A stretch of DNA of 63,132 bases, filler included, from Rhabdomonas costata (Eukaryota): NCBI GenBank assembly GCA_019059605.1. It is 47 parts of 47 records of this genome, joined end to end, with 100 filler letters (N's around TTAATTAATTAA, not from the genome) between each part and the next. Parts side by side here need not be neighbours in the genome. Positions count along the whole stretch, not along the records: positions 34,994 to 36,238 come from JAHMHO010022107.1; positions 36,339 to 37,583 come from JAHMHO010022108.1; positions 37,684 to 38,927 come from JAHMHO010022109.1; positions 39,028 to 40,272 come from JAHMHO010022110.1; positions 40,373 to 41,616 come from JAHMHO010022111.1; positions 41,717 to 42,959 come from JAHMHO010022112.1; positions 43,060 to 44,304 come from JAHMHO010022113.1; positions 44,405 to 45,649 come from JAHMHO010022114.1; 39 more parts are not named here. The stretch is one strand, 5' to 3'. The notes under the pieces are model-generated. The model was not told the origin of the DNA. It ran no database searches and saw only the letters and a list, made by a program, of their open reading frames with translations. The position numbers and the translations under genes are program-made. Shown here piece by piece: positions 35,237 through 46,994 of this stretch. The first letter of the stretch is position 1; every line of letters starts with the position of its first letter.

Positions 35237-36230
35237 GAGATTCTTCTGACCACGGATGAGGCAGTTCTGGCCAGTTTCCCGCCCGAGCTCGCCGCCGAGG
35301 CGTACGCCCTTCGGGAGCGGGCACTGCGCCAGCACCAGCAACGGCAGCAACAGCAGCAGCAGCAACAGCGCCCCCGTGACCCCACGGCTCGGCCACCTGC
35401 AGATGCCATCGGGTGTGTGCGGCGCTAGCCCAATACATACATTTGGCATTTAGGCTGAGAACCACAATGGCGGGTTGCCATGCGGGGAAGCATTTTTATT
35501 GGCAGTCAACCTTTACCCGTCATATTAATCCACACAACGGCTCAGCTTGTAAAGGTGGTGATCCTCGGGAACCTCGGCCTTCGTCGCCAGCACCTGGGGT
35601 TGGTGTGCGCGGGGCAAACGGTGCAGGACTCCCGACGCTGTCCGGAGCACTGCTGCCCATGCATGCGTACAATCCGTCGCTCGAATCGCGTAGGCAGTTC
35701 CAAGTTTGGGAGACTCTCTGAATGAGCCTCGTGAAACCTCTTTCATTGTTGTTACACTTTTTACATGCAGCTTGGGCGTGTACCCGGCCTTCCTGGGATC
35801 CCCGATGGATTGGTGTGCTCCGTTGTCACACTTACACTGAACAACATAGTGGAGCACACTCACACGTTTTTCAAATGCTTGCGTTGTTTGCCTTCACCTT
35901 GTTTGCCCTCTTCCTTGATGGTTCCCAGTTCGCTGTAACTTTGTTGGATGTGCACCTCCCCATCTTCACTCTGCAGGTACAACCATACGCACGAACATCT
36001 AACGCGCATACCTTTCGTTCTATCATCAGTCACAGGCCATCCCAAACCAGACACACATACACACACTTTCTCTGTGCATAGAAGTCAATCCCGCTCGCGC
36101 AGGTTCGTCGGTGGCCCCGGGGGAGGGGCCGCCCGGGGGCAGCCTCCCACCCTCTCCTACGTCAGCCCTCAGCTGCAGCAGCAGGGCAGGGCGCTGCACG
36201 CTGCGGGGAGAGCCCCTGCGGCTACGCCCC
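35237..36230 (+). CDS. HUWE1: HUWE1/Tom1/UPL1-type HECT E3 ligase, UBM/DUF4414 region; exons 35237-35412 and 36103 to contig end
   Basis: EILLTTDEAVLASFPPELAAEAYALRER matches the family motif 'eiLl..de..La.Lpp.l.AEA..LReR', followed by poly-Q. Phase-2-consistent junction. Confidence 0.7.
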
Positions 36231-36338
36231 CCCAACACNNNNNNNNNNNNNNNNNNNNNNNNNNNNNNNNNNNNNNNNNNNNTTAATTAATTAANNNNNN
36301 NNNNNNNNNNNNNNNNNNNNNNNNNNNNNNNNNNNNNN

Positions 36339-37294
36339 CCCCCCGACGTGCGCGCAGCGGTGCGGGCCTGGCGGGCCTCCGTGAGGTACTCCACTACGCG
36401 CAGGGAGCCGCTCTGCGCGGCGCACATCAGCGCGGTGAGGCCCTCCGCAGTGGCCGTGTTGACGTCCACAACATGCTCTGAACAAAAGCATGCATACAGT
36501 ACTCTCAGAGAAACGGCCACACACTGCAACTGGCAACTTTCAGCGGTGTTTTCCAACGATGGAATGCTTTGAACACCAACAACGTTTGCTAACGGTTACC
36601 AAACTTCTGCCGAAAAAGGTGCATATGGAAAGTCAATGAACAATACCACGCGCATGCGCAGCAAGGGCAGCGCGCAGTCCGAAGTAACATCACTGGTCAA
36701 TGCACCTTTGCGGACATTGTAAAACTAACCAGTCCAATCGGTAACCGCAAGGTTAATGACCTTTGGAGTCCAGACCCTCGACAAAGCACAAAGGCGTGCA
36801 CACACAAAGAGCGTCTCAGGTTTTTCTCAAGTTCATTTCATTTATATCATTCAACCACGGTTCTGATTGCACGGCGAGTGAGGGAGAATCCAGATGACAG
36901 ACAGCTGCAAGGCAAGCGCGCGTTCACGATGCCTGCCAAATGCAGCGCCACCTCCTCGTGGCCGTGCACGCAGGCGAGCATCAGTGGGGTCACCCCAGAG
37001 GCATTCACAGGGTCCAGTGGGTCCCTCAACTCAGAATGCGGTGGCCTCTCACCCACCAGCGGGCCTTCCTGGGAAGCAGCAAGAGTCCCAGAAGCAGCCG
37101 ACGCTCGAGCCCGCTCTTGACTGGTGATGAGCTGCACCACACCAAGGTGACCCATCCGAGCGGCATGTGTCAACGGGGTGTTGCCCTCGAGGTCGGTACA
37201 TCGCAGGTCGGCACCTCGGCGAAGAAGGGCGGAGAACACCTCTGGGTTGCCCGCACACGCCGCCAGCCCCAGGGCAGTGTTCCCGTGTTGATCC
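36339..37294 (-). CDS. Ankyrin-repeat protein, exons 37294-about 36933 and 36477 to contig end
   Basis: GNTALGLAA, GNTPLTHAARMGH, GVTPLMLACVHGH and GLTALMCAAQSG ankyrin consensus repeats. Confidence 0.93.
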
Positions 37295-38078
37295 CTAAGA
37301 GGCACGGGAAAGAGGCACAAAAGTTTAGGGGTAAAACATCCTAATCTAAAATGGAATAATACCGTAATCAGGAATCAGAACGAGAATGGGTGTATACACG
37401 AACGGACCAGGATGCTGCAACGCCTGGGTCTTGCTCTTGTAGAACAGTGTGCGCGTGGGTGGGCGGCGGCGGCGCATTTGCGGTTACGCGCTTCCTACGT
37501 CAATTACAATATTTACACTTTTTTACTGTCCGAAGTGGTCGGTTTTCCTAAATTCGAAGTCAACCCTTAAGTACCAAAAAACCNNNNNNNNNNNNNNNNN
37601 NNNNNNNNNNNNNNNNNNNNNNNNNNNTTAATTAATTAANNNNNNNNNNNNNNNNNNNNNNNNNNNNNNNNNNNNNNNNNNNNGTGGGTTTTTAACAATT
37701 GGTGATGAGAAAATTACCCATTTCGCGATTTCTTTACGAAGGTAGATGGATCGCATAAACCAGCTGAGGGAACCCTGAGGAACTAGGGTCATGGGGGAGG
37801 GGAGGGGGTGGAAAGCGATACACGCGCGGAGTCCTATGCGGCTCGATATGCGTCCTAGAGAAGATAGAGAAGATAAAACTGCCCAAAAGTCATCGTTTTC
37901 GTGATAGTCAAGTAATGGAACGGATGGGAGGGGAGCGGGGAGGAAGGTTTGCCATGCTTGGCCATTATGGCTGGCCAGGGTCCATGCTGGAAAGTGTCCA
38001 AACTCTTTTATTTTTGGTGCGGAAATTCCAAAAAGCCCAAGGGAGCCACCCTCACTGACACGGCAGTCTACCTGCAAA

Positions 38079-38645
38079 CTGCTGGTAAGAGACCCCACAC
38101 AATCTCCGAACAGCTGCTCGATGTTGTCCAGGTCCATAACCTGGATGCGGGTGGGTGGTGGGGAGCGGGAAGTGAGAGGTTTTCCACGTAAAGTGAGCCA
38201 GCAAGCGAGGCACCAGTCAACACATGAATATGTGCGCCGTCATCGGGGCCCGAGTGCACGGAAAAACGGGGAAGGGAGGCCAATGCTGTCGTCCCCGTCA
38301 TGCTCCGCCCACATCTAGCCAGCAAGCGCTATGATTTTGCAAACACTAGGCATCACCTGAGTCCCTGAAACCCTAAGAATCACATTCGATGGGAGCTGGC
38401 AAAGAAATATGTTGTTGTGGAACCTTGCAAAGGTGAAGCCCCACACACCGAGACACGGCTGGCGATCTCCCCGGCCACAAGGGACTCCGCCAGGCGCTTG
38501 GCGTGCAGCACCCGCAGCGGCAAGACATGCGCCGCCACACTGGCGCGGTGAAACCACACCACCGCAAAGTCCGTCACGACAATCACCGTGACGGCGATAC
38601 TGGAGTAACGAGCAAAAGCGGAGAGGCCAAGGCCAGGAGGATGGC
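38079..38645 (-). CDS. Hypothetical multi-exon protein fragment (boundaries approximate)
   Basis: AG/GT bounded GC-rich segments ...IAVTVIVVTDFAVVWFHRASVAAHVLPLRVLHAKRLAESL... and VMDLDNIEQLFGDCVGSLTSSLQ. Confidence 0.35.
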
Positions 38646-40140
38646 TGAGGGAGTGCAGATAGTGCCTCGGATAATTGGATTGAGAGGCAGACCCCTATTT
38701 TTAATTTGAATGAATTTAAGCTGAATTTTCCGATTTTTAACCTGACACTCTATGTTTTCCAATTCTTTCTTTCCGCTTTTTTTTTTACAATTGCTCAGAA
38801 GGAATCCCTGAAACGCCCCCCTCCTCCCTACATTAGCTTGCTGTGCGGCAGCACTAGCTTGGCGGGAGTGCTCGAAACGGCGGGCGGTCCATGGTAGGGA
38901 GAACCCACCCCATGCCGAGGACATGACNNNNNNNNNNNNNNNNNNNNNNNNNNNNNNNNNNNNNNNNNNNNTTAATTAATTAANNNNNNNNNNNNNNNNN
39001 NNNNNNNNNNNNNNNNNNNNNNNNNNNTGTTTTTTGGGCACCATACCACTCGCGTGGAGAAAATCAAAAAACATGAAGGAAGGTCACCGCACCATCCATG
39101 CCATCACCACCGCAGTTCGACAGACCACGCCACGCACTCACCCACACACATGCACGCACACCCAATCACGGTCTATTTCGAAATGCACACGCAAATTACA
39201 GCAACCAAATCTCTCGTCAAAGTCAAAGACCCAAACATATCAATCATACGCAGCCGCTCTCTAATGGGCAATGACGGTGAGGGTAGTGTGGCACCAGATC
39301 CAACAGAATAAGCATCGTGTCAAATTAGACCACCACAGCGTGCGGGCTCATGTCGTTTTCTCGATGAATAGCCTAGAGCAACCACAGAGATGGAGTGCAC
39401 AGCGCACATTGATGAGGTGCTGCTATGGCTCCACCGCTTCAGAAACCACATCAGTGGCTTTTCAATTATCACCCGCCCCACCACGATTAAACACCTCGAT
39501 TTTTACATCAAACTTTGAATCTCTCTTAGCTCATGCCCGAAGCGCACGCAGAGCCCAGTGAATATCCATGAAATTATTTTGTTTGACGCCATGGAAAACG
39601 AACAAAAACCGCCGAGGTTTGGTTCAGGGTTGATATTCTTATCCCCATTTAACCTACTGACACTTTTGTTTAAGTGAACTACACGACTCCACTTCTCAAC
39701 AAGACTTACCATCAAAAGAGGGAGCAGTGTGTTCCTCCCAGTGAAACAGAGGTCACGGCACAGGGTCAAACTAAGAAGATACCTGGCCAACAAAATCGGA
39801 AGCAGCAAGTCATATTCTTCACAGACTCACACCTCAGGCTTCACGTGAGGTGTGGGCTTGTCGTGTACTTGGCAAAGAACAAGGATATGTTCACGGTGAA
39901 CTCCATCACTTGGGGAAGGGCCTCTCGGCGGGTCATTGCTTGGGCCTCTAACACCTCTCAGAGGCAGAGAAGTTGAGACCGCGACCAATTTGGTCAACGC
40001 TGTTTTCGTCGTAGTAGGAAGACTGATTGCAGGAGTGTGATGTAGTAAGGAGGAAGATCCCCTATGGTAACAAGATTTGCATTGCAGTCAAGAGTTGCAG
40101 AAAGCTTCGAAAGCTACGCTGAAGCTATGTGGATTGTAGA

Positions 40141-40264
40141 TGTCAGTTTGCACTGCAGTCTTGTGGATGTGAATGTGAAGTTTGTAGTCAGTTGCTGTTT
40201 TCTTGTGGTTCAGATGGATACAAACTTCACATTCACATCCACAAGACTGCAGTGCAAACTGACA
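40141..40264. repeat. Perfect 46-bp inverted repeat at the contig end
   Basis: 40141-40186 is the exact reverse complement of 40219-40264, with a 32-nt loop. Confidence 0.95.
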
Positions 40265-40382
40265 CCAACAACNNNNNNNNNNNNNNNNNNNNNNNNNNNN
40301 NNNNNNNNNNNNNNNNTTAATTAATTAANNNNNNNNNNNNNNNNNNNNNNNNNNNNNNNNNNNNNNNNNNNNGGTGTGTGGG

Positions 40383-41538
40383 TAGGTGCTCGCGGAAGAG
40401 CTCCGCGGAGGCCTTCAGGCCACTGGCCACCTCCAGCACCTTCGCGACGTCGTGCTCGGAAAGGGTCTGGCTGTGCCGTGGCAGAATCCTACAGCAGCAA
40501 ACGTGCCAACGCCAGTGAAAACAGAAGAACGGGAAAAAAAAAGAAGCCAGCATCAATATCAGACTCTGTCTCCAGGGAATGCGATTTTTTTCCCGAAAAC
40601 CGTAATTCATGACGACGCACGAAGCGGGGACAGTTGTATTTAGAAGGGAAGGGCATTAAACGTTTGGGTTCTCGGTGGGTTGGGACCGATATTTATTCAG
40701 AGGGGTGAGCCAGCCCGCGGCGCGACCGGATCGGACGGACTAGAGACGTGCCCGTGTGGAGGGGGAGGGTCATGCAAAAATTTGACTTTTAAGTTTAACG
40801 GTGTTAAAGATAAAATTATGAATTTTACCTGCATTTTCCGAGGACAGGGTGCGTACACTATGACGATTTATTATGATTTATTACGTTTTGAGGCCACACA
40901 AACGCAAGAGGATCGTGAACATGGGAAGAGGATGGGCAGGCTGGGGGACGCACGACTGGAACTCTGCGTGCAGGCGGGTGGTGTACTCCACGGCCAGCTC
41001 CACACTGTTCACCCACTGCATGCTCCGGAAGCTGGGTCGGCCCGATTCCTGCACATACGCAGCACACGAAAATACATGGAAATCATCACCCCACCACCGA
41101 TCGGCAACCAGAGCTCAGAGAAAATCCTGCAGGCTCTACTGAAAGAAAAAGGCATTGGTGACGAAAAACGAGAACCACGCATAGAGATGCATCACGTTCC
41201 ACTCGGGCATGGGAAAAATCAGGAAGTGAAGTACAGTGATACGTTGATGATCCTGTCTTTTCTCATCAGACACAAACGGGGGCTAAGTAATCCCGCATGA
41301 AAGGAAACACAAAACACACAAAAGAGCAGCGGCCAATTACCGTAGTTGATGAGGATACAAAAGACACCCAAAGAAGCGAAAAGTACGCGAAAACAGCCCT
41401 CGCTCCTATTTACGCCTCTGTGTTTGAGATCATCCTTCTCTCTATCAGCCCTCAAAAACCTTGGGCAGGCGAGTGTGGCGCTGCAGCTCTGGCAGGAGGT
41501 AGTCCCGCAGCAGGTCCACCACGGTGTTCAGCACCGCA
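40383..41538 (-). CDS. COG4-like tethering complex subunit; exons 41538-41460, 41048-40954, 40488 to contig end
   Basis: Phase-consistent splicing gives AVLNTVVDLLRDYLLPELQR...WVNSVELAVEYTTRLHAEF...DVAKVLEVASGLKASAELFREHL, resembling COG4 'lNn.e...eyi..L...akf..cl..L......F.dll'. Confidence 0.55.
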
Positions 41539-41716
41539 CTGGTGATGTTTGCGTTCTGGCACCGCAGCACGCGGTGTCCGCTCATCCGTAGCATATAAAA
41601 CACGTCATCCACCAACNNNNNNNNNNNNNNNNNNNNNNNNNNNNNNNNNNNNNNNNNNNNTTAATTAATTAANNNNNNNNNNNNNNNNNNNNNNNNNNNN
41701 NNNNNNNNNNNNNNNN

Positions 41717-42628
41717 GGGGTGTTTCGGTCCCAGGTCTCCGCGGTTGCAGCTGACTCTGCCCGTCGCCCTTGGCTTCTGGAAATGGGCTGCTGTCCTGCA
41801 GCACGTTGATTATTGGTGAAGGTGCGGTGTCCAAGGGATCTGCTTCGGAGAGGCCATCCCTGGCCTGACTCCGGATGGCGATTCCCACACGAAGCAAGAG
41901 GTGGAAGGGGGTGGGGCTGCCCCCCGTGGGTCACCCCACGAGGCCACCTTGGGAGCCGCAGAAGCTTCAGCGGCCTGGGAAGAGGGTGGTTCTGTCTCTG
42001 GGTCTGGCTCGGGCTTGATCTTGGGCTCTGGCTCGGCTCTGGCTCTGGCTCGGGCTTCTCCTCATTGGGACAAGAAGGCAGGTTCTCTGCGGTAAGGCCT
42101 CCAAGGTCTGTCGTGCCGCTCGTCCTGGTGCCAGCAGAGAACAACATCTTGCTGCAGCCTCCGTCAAATCTGAAAAAGCAGACATGGAGCAAGCAACAGT
42201 TATGCAAAGCGGCAAACCTGCCACTGAAGCCACTACCGACCTGCCACGACAACAACAGGAACACCGATGTGAACAAAAGGTATTTAGGGTTGCGTGGTGA
42301 GGTGTTTTCCCCTTGCCGCAATAACAAAGGGCACAAATCATAGTTACTCTTTTTTTTTTCTTCGGTGGTGGTGGTGGTGGGGGTGCGGGTTGGGAGCGAC
42401 AAAAAGCAACGTACCCGTCGAAAGGGTCCAGCCCAGTACTGAGGTATCGGTACTGCCAAGGCTTCAGAGAGCTCAGGGGTTGTAACCCCCAGGGCCCAAT
42501 CTGCTCCCTCTCCCCCTCGGAGGACGTGCTCTGGGGGCCGCAGACAGCGGCGTCCATGGCTGCCTCCCATGCTGCAGCCAACGGCGCCTCTGCAGGCGCG
42601 GAGCCCTCGGCACTGGCACCCCGAGGAG
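41717..42628 (-). CDS. Low-complexity (Pro/Glu/Ser/Ala) hypothetical protein, several exons
   Basis: GC-rich segments bounded by CAG acceptors (about 42630, about 42170) and a GTACGT donor (about 42414). Contains a GAGCCA-repeat tract. Confidence 0.4.
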
Positions 42629-43238
42629 CACTGCAGCAGAACGATCGAGCGGAAATGGCTGCGAGCTCACGGCCTCCTTTTACACGTGTCCAATTGATTC
42701 GTACCTGCCCCAACCTGCGCCTTAGAAATCACAGTTGTTTGTCTGGTTTTTGTCCATACTTCTCTTTTATCTCGCAGGTACACATTCAACGATATGTTAT
42801 TTCATGGCGTTCGGGAGAGGAGGTTTCTTAGCGCCCAATCTTTGCGCTTTGCGCGTACCCTTCTGTGTATTTTCTCAGCCGCCAAGACTATGTGGTGTAG
42901 ACATGTTCCCTGAAGCCCCGGCACCATCTAACCCCCGGGGCCCCGGAGTCCATAACCAANNNNNNNNNNNNNNNNNNNNNNNNNNNNNNNNNNNNNNNNN
43001 NNNTTAATTAATTAANNNNNNNNNNNNNNNNNNNNNNNNNNNNNNNNNNNNNNNNNNNNCTGACGTGGTTGTGGCATCGAGATAGGATAGGATAGGAGCC
43101 TGGTCGCTTTTTGATTGGACGTGGATATTCTTTTCTCTTGAAGGGGAGGGGGGGTCTTCATAAAGAAAAGCACAAGCAATAAGGCACCACTCATGCGCAG
43201 GTGCTCCGTGACCCAGTACTCGAAAGTGTCCCGTTGCT

Positions 43239-44304
43239 GTGAAAAAAATATATATGCAAATTCACATCCCAGAACAAGTCACGGCACCGCGGCACAGTCA
43301 GGAGCTCTTGATGCGTCTGAGATGCAGCTCCAAAAACAAGAAGGAACGCACGAGCCAGAATAGAGGGAAAACAAAAACAAAGATTGAAACAGGAAAGAGA
43401 AGAGAGAAAAGAGAGAGTGAAAAACAATGGCATGATTGGAGAGAGAATTGTTCACAACGTCGGTGGCCCAAACTGAGTCGAAAAGTGTACATGAAACGGG
43501 GGGGGGGGGGGGTGGAAACTTCCGAAATTCCAATACAGGAAGGGAAACAGTTAGAAAAAGAAAAGAATCGCACACACCTTGTCCAAGTTCAGTACGAACT
43601 GGGTGTGCTTGTCAACGACGATAGACATGTTCGAAAAGAAAAAGAAGCGCTTTCAAAAAAGGCATACAACGGAGCACGCAGAAGCAAGTCGTCAGCAAGT
43701 AAGTCAACGAGGAATGAAAACGGGAAAGACATGGAGCTCTCCGTGAGTGCGAGTACACGCGGCACTGCAGAAAAAGTAAGGAGGGCAAGGTATGATCCCG
43801 CAGCCAAAAAGAGGGTGGCGGTGATCAAGCACTGAGCATCCAGGGAGAACAGAGACGCAGAGCAGGAAAAAAAGAGGCCGACCGCAGGAAAGAGACCCCC
43901 GACACTCCCAGGGGCGAGACATGAAAGCCACAGCCGAAAGCAGGTGGAAGACGAGCACGTGTTCCCCAGGAGTGCGTTGCTGGCACGGGATATCATGCAA
44001 ATTCCAACGGTGTCCCTTTCACCTAGGATAGACCCGCGCAGAGACGGACCCAGTGCGCAGAAGTAAAAGCGGACCATTCGCAAGAAATCGAAATCAAAGC
44101 CCTTATGCTAGGGGCAACGGGAAGCCAAAGTATTCGCAGACGCACCAGGGCAAAGAGTCAGTGAGGCAGCCTCGAGGTACCGGAGGCTTGGCGGAAGAGG
44201 TCAGGAATAGTCCGTACCGCAAAGACAGAGCGAGGTGCTGGCACGGCGACGCCTGCAGATACCGGTACTGCCCGTTCACCCATCCGAAAGAAAAACCACA
44301 AAAC
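43239..44304 (+). pseudogene. Decayed intronless basic ORF ending in a CCCH zinc finger (possible retroelement ORF1)
   Basis: The frame continues about 75 codons past TGA 43833. A shifted frame then ends with CWHGDACRYRYCPFTH (C-x5-C-x4-C-x3-H). Confidence 0.45.
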
Positions 44305-45418
44305 NNNNNNNNNNNNNNNNNNNNNNNNNNNNNNNNNNNNNNNNNNNNTTAATTAATTAANNNNNNNNNNNNNNNNNNNNNNNNNNNNNNNNNNNNNNNN
44401 NNNNTTTTTTTTTTTATAAGTGGGCTTTTTGTGAAGAGTGTAAACTGAATTAGATAAACCGCACCCGAGCGACGCTGCGCACCGAGGCTTGCCCTCGAAG
44501 TTCTGGGGCAGTTACAAGAACAGGGTGAGGAGAGAGCGGTGTAAGAGAGTGGGTTCCGGGGTGGTGGAGGATGGGCGGGAAAGGAGTGACCTCATTCTGT
44601 GTGGTTCTTGTGTTCTGACCGCATCTCAACGCATGATTATCTTCACCACCGCTTATGGTAAACACCCTCTCACTCTCCCGTGTAATGCAGTGAGTGCCCG
44701 AAACTCATTCTCCGTGACAGCATGTTCTGCGGCTGCGTGACCATGCATTTTGAGGGCTTACCGGTTCCAGTGCGGCTTCTATGACCTTGGGACATTTTTG
44801 AGACCCATCCGGGGGGGGGGCGGGAAGAAGAAAAAGTGGTGATTCGAGAAAAGGCAATACCGGAAACGAGGGAGGCTGTTGTTTTTGTTGTTACACTGCT
44901 GCAGGGAATGAAGTGCCTAATTTAGGCGGTGACATAGCGAGAACTGGGGGCGATTGGTGCAAATCCGTTCACAGCTATAAATACCATTTTTGCGTGACAT
45001 TTACAATGAAAATGCCTCCCCCCGGAACCCCCCCTCACCAAACCCACGGTCATTAGCACACTCACGGAGGTGGTCACCATTTGCACTTGAGCCACCATAC
45101 CATTGAACCTCAATCACACAACGAAAAGACCAGAGTACAGGCTTGCTCGAAACACGGGCAGCATCACACCTTGACGGCTTTCCCGCAAAAAAAGGTAGAT
45201 GGTGAGGTCCTAAAATGATTATACTAAACTAGGCCAAAACCACTGTATCGCCTCGAATTGGGAATGTTAGGGGTGGGATTCGAATCCAGGGAGCCCACTC
45301 CGTCTCTACTAAGATTGTAATAAGGGGGCACCCAGGGGGGGGGTACGTATGTGACACCCGTGCCATGAGTCGCCATCCCCCTGCCATGAGTCGCCATCCC
45401 CCACCCACCACGCAAACC

Positions 45419-45545
45419 TTTGATTGTGTCCGTAGTCGTCGACTGAGCCGCAGTGATGTTGATGATAAAGGACTTGCGGTTGTTGGCAGTGAAGAAGCTC
45501 AGCCCAGGGTCATTGGCCGAGAGGGAGCCCAGGATGTTCACCTCC
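45419..45545 (-). CDS. Single exon, hypothetical protein
   Basis: TAG acceptor and GTTTGC donor; EVNILGSLSANDPGLSFFTANNRKSFIINITAAQSTTTDTIK; GC3 bias. Confidence 0.5.
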
Positions 45546-46184
45546 TAAAGGTTGGGTGCAGATGGCTTATACGGGAGGCGAGGAGTCAGACCGAAAGACA
45601 CAATATAACGTGTTATAAACTGGGAAAAGGGAAATGGGAAATGGGCAAANNNNNNNNNNNNNNNNNNNNNNNNNNNNNNNNNNNNNNNNNNNNTTAATTA
45701 ATTAANNNNNNNNNNNNNNNNNNNNNNNNNNNNNNNNNNNNNNNNNNNNGTGGAGTGGAGTGCCTGAAAAACACAAATGAGCATGAATATGGCAGCACAA
45801 AGAAGAGCACGAGGCAAAACACGGTCGGCACGGTGGGTGTGGTGTCGCTGAACGAGTTACCCTATCCCGAGGTAAAACTTTACACTACCCTTCTACTCGG
45901 TACCGGTTTACATCCCCCAGTGCCGGTACTGCATATTGTTGGGGCGGGGCGTGTCCCGTTACCCGGGGTGGCGGCTTTTCTCCGTGGCAGCCGTCAAGAG
46001 GTGACTTCCCCAGCTTCCACGAGACCGGGAATACAAAAGTTTACCACGGGTAGGAGGACTCGCCTCTGGGTTTATCCGTTCATGAACTTCACCACGTTGT
46101 CGGCTGGTGGGGCATGTAGTGTGTCTGCGGTGCACAAACCCAAAGAATGGCAGAGAAGCTGCTTGAGAGCAACTCGAAAAGTAG

Positions 46185-46477
46185 TCATCATTTATAGTAA
46201 TAAAAATTTTATAGATGATGGAATTAAATAGTTAACATCATTAACAATACTTAACTAATGAAAATTTTACAGATGAAGGAATTAAAAATATTTTATTAAA
46301 AATATTTTATTTAACACACTTGATTGTGGATGTAATAGTAATTTCACGGATAAATGCGTGCATTTATCATTAAAAACATTAAACAGTGATAAAAATTTTA
46401 TAAATGAAATAAAGAAAAAACAAATGGAAAAATATTATTACAACATATTAAAAAATATTAATTTTATTTATAAATAA
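46185..46477 (+). pseudogene. 3' part of a decayed AT-rich LRR gene (giant-virus-like)
   Basis: NKNFIDDGIK*LTSLTIL / NENFTDEGIKN / TLDCGCNSNFTDKCV...NINFIYK*, with an internal stop and frameshifts. Confidence 0.7.
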
Positions 46478-46494
46478 AGTAAATAATTCATTTT

Positions 46495-46994
46495 ATGAAT
46501 AATTTATCTATTGATGTTTTAAATTGTATTTTTGAATATATTGCAAAATCAATATATATAAGATATACAAATAAAAATGGTGTTATACTTGTACATATTA
46601 TGTGAATATAAGATTATCACATAATATTATAATACCAAAAAATTTTAGAATAATAAAGTTATATCTATCATCAACAGTAATAGATAATGATATAATAAAT
46701 AATTTATTTGTATTACAAAATATAGAAACAGTACATTGTTGTGAAAATAATTTAATTACAAATGAAGGAATACAAAATTTACAACAATTAAAATCACTTT
46801 ATTGTGGAAGTAATAAAAATATTACAGATGAAGTAATAAAAAAATTACAACAATTAAAATCACTTTATTGTGGAACTAATAAAAATATTACAGATGAATT
46901 AAAAATTTAAATAAATTAAAAACACTTAATTGTATGTATAATAAAAAATATTACAGATAATGGGATACAAAAATTAACATCATTAAAAAAACAA
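46495..46994 (+). pseudogene. Decayed F-box plus 22-aa LRR gene (giant-virus-like)
   Basis: MNNLSIDVLNCIFEYI..IRYTNK/(K)W is F-box-like, with a frameshift near 46577. Then 66-bp tandem repeats encoding LQQLKSLYCG.NKNITDE.IK.L, with further frameshifts after about 46898. Intronless and extremely AT-rich. Confidence 0.8.

Noticed and set aside
45265-45300. tRNA or SINE (minus strand GGATTCGAATCCCACCCCTAACA)
   Set aside because: Only a B-box-like word; no A box or cloverleaf could be built.
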